A stretch of 64,000 bases of DNA, taken from Amphiscolops sp. MND2022. Its lineage: Eukaryota. Position numbers and translations under genes: made by a program. Positions 25,401-33,500 of the stretch are shown here, in pieces (positions within the stretch are counted from its first letter, which is position 1; every line of letters starts with the position of its first letter). The notes beneath the pieces are model-generated. The model searched no databases and was not told the origin of the DNA. It saw only the letters and a list, made by a program, of their open reading frames with translations. The DNA lies in contig OZ076413.1 in the NCBI GenBank assembly GCA_964187785.1, forward strand, positions 44,084,001 to 44,148,000, given 5' to 3'.

Positions 25401-27254
25401 GTATTCTCGTACTGTGCTGTTGAATGCTGACAAGGATCGGTTGAGTCCCTGTGCCAGTCGTAAATAAGCGAATGTGCGGCTGCCGAAGTTAAATGCCAGA
25501 AGTTGTATGGATTGCTCGTCCGCCATCTGCAGGCAGTGGTACGCCTGCGAACAGTCCAGCTTGCAGAAATACTTTTTTCCTGCCATGTGCTGGGCGGCGT
25601 CGGCGATGGTGGTTACTGGATGATTATGTTGGTTGTAATCATTTTTCAGGAGGTGGTTGATTCTGCGCAGGTCCACGAGTATGCGGAGTTTCCCGTTAGG
25701 TTTGCGCTGAGCGAATATTGGTGAGGAATACTTGCTGTATGGCAACGTCGTGATGATTCCGTACTCCTGCATCAGTGCTAGCTCGACGAGTAGGTCGTCT
25801 TTGAGATTTGTGGGTGTGGGTAAACTCTGCGCGTAGACTGGCTCATCGTGCTTCGGGGTGAGTTTAATTTTGAAGTCGGTATTGATGCCTATGTCAAGGC
25901 GGTGTCTGGCGAACACATTGTTATACTTCACAAGGAGGTTCTCAATCTGTTGTCGTTCGTGCTCATTCAGGATTGAGTTTTCCCATTTGAAGTTGGCAAG
26001 GAACTCCTTGCGTTGTTTGTCGTCTGCTGTTGGATCGAGTTTCTCTTCCTCACGGAGTTTAGTGATTTCGTCATATATCCGCCTTTCAATGCGGTTCAAC
26101 TTGGACGGGTCATCACAGGTCTCCGGTGTTGGGTACCATCGGCGGTTGGTTTCGGTGCCGGGCTCCTGGAACAGCTGGTTCAATACATTATCAGCTTCGT
26201 CTGGGTATTTGGTGATCAGTGTCAATTGTTCGTTTGACATCGGTTGTAGGTTCTTTGCCTGATTGGGAGTCATTATTCTGAATGTGGCCACTGTCGTGTT
26301 CGGGTTGAGGGTGATTGTGTGGCAGGTGAGGTTGGTGATCTGGACATGGCTTTTCATCTCAGTGATTTGTGTTAGAGCAGGGGACACTAGTAGTTGGGTC
26401 TTCCTTTCGAAAGCTGGAAAGGTTTCTACAGTGCCCTGGATTGTCCCGAGGTCCTTTTCTGCTATGACAGGGACCATGATTTGGTGATCCGGTTGTACCA
26501 CTATTTTCTGCGATGTGCGTAGTTCGAGCATCTGGACTTTGTATCGGCCTCTTTCTGGTTTAAGTTGAAGGGTAATGTCTGGGAATTTGACCACGTTATT
26601 GGCAAGGTCAAGCGTCACTGAGTATTTCTTGAAGAAGGACATTCCGATCAAGATGTTGCCCATGGTTGGTAGAATCATAAAGGTTTCCTCGAATACTTTA
26701 CCACCAATGAAAAATCGGAGTAATACTTGTTTCCGGACTGGGACGATGCTACCGTTGGCAATTTGGATTTTGAAGTCCGGTGCTGGGTATTCTTCGAGAA
26801 GTGCTGCTGGATGAGCTGACAAGATCCGTCTGAGTTCGTCTTCTGACATGGCACTCCTTATTGTTCCCGTGTCGAGGAGGCCATGGTTCTCGTATGCTCT
26901 GAATTGCAATGGGACGTATAACATCTTGTCCTTTTTGTTTAACTGAAGTGTTGCTGTTAACACCTGGATCGCCACGTCCTTCTTGTGGTTTGTTGTTTTT
27001 CTTGTACAGTCAGTCGTCATAGTCAAGTTAGAGTGCTGTCTGTCTTCTGTCGGTTGTAAAATCACCTCTGTTGGTTCGGAGGGAGAGTTCGCTTCGTTGT
27101 TGGTTGTCTCGTGGGTAGTTGGAGTCATGGGTTTCTGATCCTGCCGAAGATCAGTTGCCCGGTTTTTGTAGTTCTTTGTGTAGTAGTAGTTGTTTGTGTT
27201 GCGCACTTTGTTATTGTAGTGGTCAGTCGAATGACGTGGCTTCAGAAGTTTTTT
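22434..27254 (-). CDS. pol: Pol polyprotein of element C (protease, degenerate dUTPase-like segment, RT, RNase H, integrase with GPY/F)
   Basis: Uninterrupted ORF of about 1600 aa with LLDTG, KLDCSQAY, QYVDD, MCDAG..KEFLA..TDNKAL..ADYLSR, H-x6-H...CQDC, DLVG..TDKGS..VER and WEGPYKV. The frame is open back to the A-AAA-AAC site at the end of gag. Confidence 0.96.
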   Translation of the reverse strand, partial: KKLLKPRHSTDHYNNKVRNTNNYYYTKNYKNRATDLRQDQKPMTPTTHETTNNEANSPSEPTEVILQPTEDRQHSNLTMTTDCTRKTTNHKKDVAIQVLTATLQLNKKDKMLYVPLQFRAYENHGLLDTGTIRSAMSEDELRRILSAHPAALLEEYPAPDFKIQIANGSIVPVRKQVLLRFFIGGKVFEETFMILPTMGNILIGMSFFKKYSVTLDLANNVVKFPDITLQLKPERGRYKVQMLELRTSQKIVVQPDHQIMVPVIAEKDLGTIQGTVETFPAFERKTQLLVSPALTQITEMKSHVQITNLTCHTITLNPNTTVATFRIMTPNQAKNLQPMSNEQLTLITKYPDEADNVLNQLFQEPGTETNRRWYPTPETCDDPSKLNRIERRIYDEITKLREEEKLDPTADDKQRKEFLANFKWENSILNEHERQQIENLLVKYNNVFARHRLDIGINTDFKIKLTPKHDEPVYAQSLPTPTNLKDDLLVELALMQEYGIITTLPYSKYSSPIFAQRKPNGKLRILVDLRRINHLLKNDYNQHNHPVTTIADAAQHMAGKKYFCKLDCSQAYHCLQMADEQSIQLLAFNFGSRTFAYLRLAQGLNRSLSAFNSTVREYVDALVKADKCAQYVDDIGIAAHTVDELLSNIEAVFQQIQKAGLKLSMAKCAFGHPQIDFLGRSITSKGVAPLEDKIDDFLKKIKLPTSVKSLQRYIGFVQFYRQYIPRLAEKLTPLYKLLQKDVKFQLNQQHKDIIFEINENLAKAAKLSLRLPLPDKQLVIMCDAGEHAAGYVLLIEDYTETNDGPMKTYAPVSFGSQRFTEGQMSLTMYAKEFLAMHFAFDEFAHILWGVKKPTIVMTDNKALTRFFQSKRIPPKLWNYCDQTLQFEFVLAHVPGTENPAADYLSRLDIRPEERIHLKLNDEIPVFHVEIDLASRTPKQDEEEEEYIPDDQQTTTTKQNEAINAILDQVPMCSDESSGQFRERIETIRHQITPIITGQHDEMTFTRFRRKLHDNVVNQVCPNGEFQIIQDQLVNLDIQRMIRILNQKETLPNHVNFESQFFQKLVKNKKRLEVVNNVLYRNFFDGTGKIKCKQIVTPTETIQKIIQSLHDDPLQGHPGCNKMLHELRKRYYSPNLSELVLQYVSNCQDCIRSKPIRKAEITPPLQQIYDPCNGPEDILEIDLVGELPPSNGFTHILTACDYFSRYLFAIPIRKPDTKSVVEALMQIFTQHSYVPKTILTDKGSTFTAQLFNSLMESAGIKIAHASVKHPQTVGMVERSHQRLKQILKINISADSPQWHKYVNMAVMAHNTTYHQAIRCTPTEIFHGRVPFNALDVKFGNPLTEQRNTTDVTGILDNMNKKFQQTHDNIIEAFHKYKNYYDRKAQASPLKVNDFTFLLNKRLSQQSDKIPFKEFKWEGPYKVVKVLSNSNYIIRKIGTLRTQCVHRMRLRPFTPNAPIEDIQDNSSQYFEDPDALNEQELFDNHLPNPAHEQPQHAIPEQSDFEELQADHGMIYYERQSIEPDQNISIPESQAETQVPQPDTVTSNNSETNNNKYQTNDRPPPTSRHTMSRYGLRHNPKPTTYPDFLMHELHGTPSLQQLLLKNRNL

Positions 27255-28780
27255 GGCTGGCTAGATGATGCTTCGGTGAAGTCCTGTTGGTAGTACTCAT
27301 CGTTGGTTTGGTGTTGTTGTTCCCCTGGTGTGAACTCATTCATTTCATTGGTTGGGTAGGGGCTATTTTGTGCTCTTCTGAAGTCACGTCGGAAGTCCCT
27401 GTTTTCAGTTGTGGTTTGTCTGTTGTAGGGCACACTTCCGTAGGCAGAAGTTTGGGGTATTCTATACCTGCAGTCTTTTGCAGAGTGGCCTGTGTACCCG
27501 CAAATTTGGCAGACCAGTTTGGCGTTGTATTTCGGTTGTGTTTCTGCGTGGTTGTTGTTCTGTTGTTCGGGCTTTTTCTGAGCCTGAGAGTTGCTGTTAC
27601 CCGCTGCCTCGTCTCGCTGTCGTTTTCGACACTCTGCCCATTTGTGTCCGTATATCGCGCAGTATCTGCAATTGCCATCAAATTTCTTCTTGGTAGGTGG
27701 TCGTTCATTTTCGTTTCGTTTCTGGGTGACTGGCTTGTTGGGGACTTCTTGCGTCTGAATAGCCTGATTAAATGGTTGGAGCAGTTGTTGGTTTGGTAAC
27801 AACTGTGCATACTGGCATCTCCTCTGAACGAACGTTTTGATGTCCTCGATGCTGGCGTTGTGTTTTCCAGCGATTGCCAATTCATTTTGAAGCTGAATTG
27901 GTAGTTTGGCGAACAGGAAGGTTTGAACGATTTCCTGTGCCTTGTCTCCGTATGCTTGTTTGGCAATCTTTTTGTAGTTTGCAAGGAAGGTACTAAATGA
28001 CTCGGTTGTTGGGTCATACCGAAGCTGGTCAAATTTGAATTTCGAGACTTCTGAGAGTTCCTCTTTTGCATATTCCTTTTTGAATGCCGTCAGTATGTCT
28101 CTCAGTGTTGTTTCCGTTGTGATCGGGAGTGTCTGCCAAAACTCAATCGCATCATCCCTGAGGAGACTCTGGAAGTAGTTGAGCTTTTGTTCCTCGGTGA
28201 GCTTGTGGGCATGTGGTCGTAAGTGATTGAGCAATAGATGTTCAAATTCGTTGTATTTGTCTCGATTTCCTTTAAATAGGGGTACTTGGGTCTGCAGGAT
28301 TTTTGGCTGGGTCAAGGTTTCCCCCATGGTGCTGCGGAGATGGTGGATTTCTGTCATCACATCGGTCAACTGCGGAATACTGGCGTCACTTCTTGGTGTT
28401 CCGCTGGGTGGTGTTGTCCGAGATCCTGATGGTCGTGAGTTCGAGACTCCTGTCACCATGTCGGAACGACTGTTGGTATTGGTAGTAACCACATTAAGTC
28501 TGTTCCCTTCTCCATTAACGGAGGCTAACTGATTAGTTAAACTAAGTACAATGTCCGTAAGATCTCCGATTTGTCTATTTATTTCGTTAAACCGATAATC
28601 TATGTCATAGTTATTGTTATTCTGACGCCTGGTTAATACGTCCTCAGAGTCAAGGTCAGCAATTTGATCTCTCGATAAGACATCAGGGAAACTAGTTTCG
28701 TTTTCACTATCGCTTGACCTGTCCATAATTCCGTTTTCTGTCCGTCTGTTTTGATTACTTTGGAATCTGGTAGTTACCAT
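27242..28780 (-). CDS. gag: Gag of element C (512 aa, two CCHC zinc knuckles), initiating inside the 5' LTR
   Basis: Capsid-like VPLFKG...EFE...EEQKLNYFQSLLRDDAIEFW; knuckles CRYCAIYGHKWAEC and CQICGYTGHSAKDC. The first ATG at 28780 lies within the LTR; an alternative in-frame ATG straddles the LTR/PBS junction. Confidence 0.93.
   Translation of the reverse strand: MVTTRFQSNQNRRTENGIMDRSSDSENETSFPDVLSRDQIADLDSEDVLTRRQNNNNYDIDYRFNEINRQIGDLTDIVLSLTNQLASVNGEGNRLNVVTTNTNSRSDMVTGVSNSRPSGSRTTPPSGTPRSDASIPQLTDVMTEIHHLRSTMGETLTQPKILQTQVPLFKGNRDKYNEFEHLLLNHLRPHAHKLTEEQKLNYFQSLLRDDAIEFWQTLPITTETTLRDILTAFKKEYAKEELSEVSKFKFDQLRYDPTTESFSTFLANYKKIAKQAYGDKAQEIVQTFLFAKLPIQLQNELAIAGKHNASIEDIKTFVQRRCQYAQLLPNQQLLQPFNQAIQTQEVPNKPVTQKRNENERPPTKKKFDGNCRYCAIYGHKWAECRKRQRDEAAGNSNSQAQKKPEQQNNNHAETQPKYNAKLVCQICGYTGHSAKDCRYRIPQTSAYGSVPYNRQTTTENRDFRRDFRRAQNSPYPTNEMNEFTPGEQQHQTNDEYYQQDFTEASSSQPKNF
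27248..27254 (-). promoter_or_regulatory. -1 ribosomal frameshift slippery heptamer A AAA AAC at the gag/pol junction
   Basis: Gag ends CCA AAA AAC TTC TGA. Slipping -1 gives ..K L L K P R H S T D H Y N N K V R.., which is the pol frame. Confidence 0.85.
28446..28458 (-). promoter_or_regulatory. Primer-binding site of element C (probably tRNA-Leu)
   Basis: TGGTGACAGGAGT directly follows the LTR CA and is complementary to a tRNA 3' end ..ACTCCTGTCA-CCA. The isoacceptor identity is inferred. Confidence 0.75.
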
Positions 28781-29596
28781 AAAGAGGTTGGAGACTATGA
28801 GTTTGAATTGAAGTGTGTTAGGTTTAAGTAAGAATTGATGATTTCAAGGTACGGTAGTAAGCAACTTGTATCGTCAGAAGTTACAATTCGTGTGTTTTCG
28901 GTATTGCCCGATTGAGTAATTATAAAAGTGTGTTAGCACCTTCCCTTTTAGCCAATGACGTTCAATCTACTAATTGTTGTTTAATTGCACTTGACGACTG
29001 CAACTACCAGTCGTCGCGGGTGATAATAGGTGTTTAATTACTTTTGCTTGATGTGGTATGACCGCAAGCACCAGTCATTTCCGTGTTCGATTAACTCAAT
29101 TACCTCTTAAACTGAGGCTTTACTACCGTGTATCCTTATCATCATAGTGACTGCTTTAAATATCGTTTTGAAGTAATTTACTAATGGATACTGCACTAAT
29201 TACTGATATAAATAGACGAAATGTTGTGAAATGATTGAGTATTCTAGTAATACTTTACATGTAATATAAAAAGTGTAAAAAACAATGGTTAAACGATGCA
29301 CTATCACGATAGCTGATGACTGATTGTTTCAGTCGTACATGTATAAATCATCTGCAATGACTGGATATTCCAGTCCTGGTTTTTAAACGATGCACAATAA
29401 CATGGATGGATGTTTAAACGATGCACAATAACATGAATGGATGATTGTTGGTTTCAGTCGTTATGTGTTCAACTGTATTGTTCGGCAATTAAATTACTGT
29501 AATGTATTTACATGATGATTTGTATTTTAGGGAGTTTGATGTATGAATTGGTATTTTAGGGTTCATTTATTTCCTTCATGCTTGGCAGGCATGACA
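28459..29596 (-). repeat. 5' LTR of element C
   Basis: Direct repeat of 14386-15523, flanked by the PBS on one side and the GTTAA TSD on the other. Confidence 0.97.
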
Positions 29597-30559
29597 GTTA
29601 ATTACAGGGAAAAATTTACTTGAAAATGACAAAAGGTAACAAAGGTAACATGTCACGCTTCAGTTAATAATATGTTGTCTATCTGCTATGGTTTCTGTGG
29701 TCTTCGTAGCGGTCTTGCGTAATCAGCACTTAAATTCGCGATGTAAATTTCGTGTGAAATTTCACTTTCCGGCTCTACTAAGCATTGGAATCAGTAGCTA
29801 ATGAGGAGAAAAGCGTGCCAACGTTCGAATTGGTGTGAAGACATTTCATCCTATATAATTTCATCCGTTGCCATTGCGACCGCTTACAATTTCAATCTAT
29901 TGCTCCTTCAGCCTTCAGTAATGTCGACCTAAACTAATTTTGGCTGATCGATCATAATTAGTTATATATATTATAATTATTTTAGGGGTTTTCATTTTAT
30001 TAGTTTCTAAATTCAAATGTGTTATTTACGCCAGTTTTCGCTTCTTTTGGAATACATAAAAAGACGCCCTCGGACCAGCGGGATATTTTCCGCCCCAAAT
30101 CATTTGAGCAACAAAATCGTTTTAAGCCCAAAAATCTTTACAAATACATATCGCATGGAAATAAATTTATGTCAGTTGAATTCTGTGAATGTACTTCTTC
30201 ATATTACGTAAACAATAATTCTTGGCAAATTTTGTAAAAAAACCCGTTTGATTTAAATATTTTCCTTTCCCATATGAAATATGGGCGGAAAATAATTATA
30301 ATTAAAGCTGTTCGATTTTTGCTTACTATGGTACTGAAAAAAGACTTATACCGAATTAGGAGTAAATAGCCAAAAATAGTATAGGTCGAAATGGTGGACG
30401 GCTGAAAATGCAATAGATTGAAATTGCATAGGACGAAATGTCATGTAGCAAATCGGATTAGCTGTCACTTGATTCGCTTTCCTGAGAAGGACGTCGCTAC
30501 ATTTGTTTTCGCGCTTGCAAAGTGTGTAAATCACTTGTGGTAAGATGGACGACAGTGCA

Positions 30560-33500
30560 TGTTGTATACCAATGGAATAAAGAAGTTTGGGAATGTAATA
30601 CTGTATTGTACGTAAGATCAAGTTATAGTGTCCACTATATCGTACTACAGATGACATTAAAGTTACTAGCAGGTATGTTATGTAATTAACATAAAAGGTC
30701 ATAGAGTGAGTAAGAATTATGTAACATTGCGTTACTACTGACCTTCAACTGTATTCATGTCACATTCCCCCCTGGTAGGAAGTTATCTAGTATAATTGAT
30801 AACTGTATTTTATAACACAAATTTAGATTACATGTTTGAACAAAAAAGTTGTATCAACTCAATTGTTGATAATGAGTCCGTTCAGTTTCTTGTTTAAGAT
30901 TTGACGGTGCTTCTCGCCTCGATACCATGCTACTGGTTTCCTCACGTTCCTCCTGTTTTCTCTTCCGGTCCTCCTCAGTCTGATTGTGTGTTTCCGCTGG
31001 CTTGGCTGTTTATTCGTATAACGGTGTTTCCTGTAAATATCAGGATGTTACTGGATTTCCGTATCTTATTATCGGATTATTCGTTCTTATTCTAGAAGAT
31101 TTTCTAGTTTGTATGTTTGTATTGTTTGTTTCAATTGTATCTGGTAACTCCGTTATTTCAGCTTTTATTTGGTTTTGGTTGTTTTGCTTTTGATTTTCGT
31201 TACCATTATTGTCGACGATGGTGATTGTTGTCGGGTCCTCGGCTATTGCCTCCATTGCTTGCTCTAGTTGTTCTTCGCTCATTCTGTCCACGTGGAGTTT
31301 TAGGTTGTTTTCTCCCGGGTTTTTTCCTTGATTGTCTTTTTTCTTCCTCGTCCGATTTGTATCGGTGGTGTGAAATCGAAGCTGGTTTCCATCCCCTCTA
31401 CTGATGTTTCTGCCGTTGGGGTACTTGCTCGCTTTTCATCGGTCTTGGTTTGTGTTTCTTCTTCTTCCTCTTCTTCGTCTTCTGAGTCTGACTGGATGGA
31501 TGTTTGGACAAATCTTCCGTTTGTACCTCAACGGTTTTCTCCTCTTCTTGATAGGGGGTTCTGAAATGAGTTTGGTAATGGTTTACTTATCCGTTTTTTG
31601 TGTATTATTTTATTTGTGTCCGTCGTTATTGTGTGTTTGGTTTCAGTTACTGCTATTTGTGGATTTGTATCGTATTCACTTTCAAATTTGTTTTTATTTT
31701 GTTTTTTCTCTAGAAATTTGTATGGGAGGTTATTACTAACATCGCTTTTCAGCTTTCGAGGGGTTTTCATGATGAGTTGATCATATCCTCCTCGCCCGTT
31801 GTTGAACGAGTAGACTTTTAGGGTCTCCGGTTGTGCTGAAACATAATCATTTTTGTCCGTTGGTAAGTTTAAGTAGCTGGTGAGTTCCGTTCGTGTCTTT
31901 CGACCATAATGTCTTTCAAACGGTGTCTCTTTAGTTTTTGAGTGGATGGTCATTCGCATTACCATCAGGGACTGGTATAAAACATCATTTAAGTTGCATT
32001 TGTCTTCTAAATTAGAACTCATTAAATCTTTCAGTGTTTTTGTTCCCCTTTCTACTAGTCCCGTAGCTGTGTGTATATATGGTGTACCATATATTAGTTT
32101 AATGTGTAGATTTTTACACATTTGTCTAAACTCTTTGCCAGTAAAGGCGGTTCCTTTATCTGTTCTAATTACTTGTGGGATACCGTTCAGTAGTATGTAC
32201 TGTTGTAAAAAAATTTTCGCTGTTTTGCCTGTAGGAGCTTCACATATACAGGCTGCCGGCCATCTGCTATACCGGTCAATAGATATCAGTATATAAAATT
32301 GCCGGTGTTTGAATCTTATTGGTCCGATGAAATCCAATTGGATTTCCTCGTTTGGTTTTTCTACCGGAGGTAAGTAATTCATCTCCGTCATTGGTATTTG
32401 TGGTTTTATACTCTTACCTGACATTTTGCAGGGAATGCGCTCGTTGCATTTCGTCTGAATGGCTTTGTTGAGTTTTGGCCACCAGAAGGGTTTGGCTGCG
32501 TGTGTCATCTTGTTGATGGCGGGGTGGCCTTTGTGTAGTAATAAGATGACTGTTTTTCGTAGTGGCTTCGGAATTACTATTTTGTCATTATAGAACACTA
32601 CTCCAAATCGTGTCGACATGTTTTTGTGGTGTTCCTTGTATTCGTCTGGTATTTGTTCGTAACTTCTCCTCTCCAGGCATACCAGTGTTTTATTTATTTT
32701 TTCGTCGTTTGTTGTTTCGTCTGCGATTGTTCTTAAATCGATTGAAAATTTTTGTTCGGCCTGACGAATGGTTTCTTCTAAGTCCCATTCTTCGTTGTAT
32801 TGCACTTTGCTCGCCGTTCCCATTTGTATATATCGTACACTGGGAGCCCCCAGGTATCTCTTGAAGTTGATCGCCGGTACAGCGATTGTTTGGTCGGAGT
32901 CCGATGACATTGTTTCTATTTCATCTTGTTCTTGTGGTTGTTGTGTGTTACTGCTTATCCCGGTGTCGTCCCTTTTTGGCTTCGCTCTGATTTTTTCGAT
33001 AACTCTATGGAATTCTCTTTTTCTCTCTAGTTCTTCTTCTGTCTCTCTGCTGTTATTTTCCATTCGTTTCCAAAACAATCTGTTTCTTTTCTGTCACAGC
33101 TCAACTTCGATTCGTTTCTGTTCTGCCCGCAGTGCTCTGGATGGGTTGTATATTTTCCATTGTCCCTGCGTGAATCTGTAGTTGCCTGGTTTTGTTATCT
33201 CCTTCCATCTTGTTGTTAATCTCAGTGTTTCTTCCGATGGGTCGTCCTTTTCGATAGATTCGATTGTTTTAATATCCATTCTGTTTTGTACGGTTTGGTT
33301 TGTGTCAGCTGTATTTGAACGTACTTTGCTTTTTGAGAATTTCAATGACCACTGTTCGTCTTGTTCGTACTCGCTGAGCTGTGTTTTGTTCACGCTTCAT
33401 GTTTGTGATTGGTTGTTTGCTGACGCTGCTACTTCGTCCGTTTGTGCTTCTATTTTCTTTTCATCGGTGATGCTACCGTGTGTGTTAATGAAATCCAGTA

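Larger units (their letters stand above)
14386..29596 (-). mobile_element. Young 15.2-kb Ty3/Gypsy LTR retrotransposon with an antisense spliced cargo gene (element C)
   Basis: 1138-bp LTRs at 14386-15523 and 28459-29596, both TG...CA, with one visible mismatch (ACTATAAG vs ACTATGAG). TSD GTTAA at 14381-14385 and 29597-29601. PBS, PPT, uninterrupted gag and pol in PR-RT-RH-IN order. Confidence 0.97.

Noticed and set aside
27287..28071. Overlapping 243-aa and 170-aa ORFs within gag
   Set aside because: Alternative-frame or antisense shadows of an A/C-rich coding strand with no recognisable motifs.
28431..28458. tRNA gene at GGTCGTGAGTTCGAGACTCCTGTCACCA
   Set aside because: This is the complement of the PBS within gag; no D-arm or 5' acceptor strand is evident.
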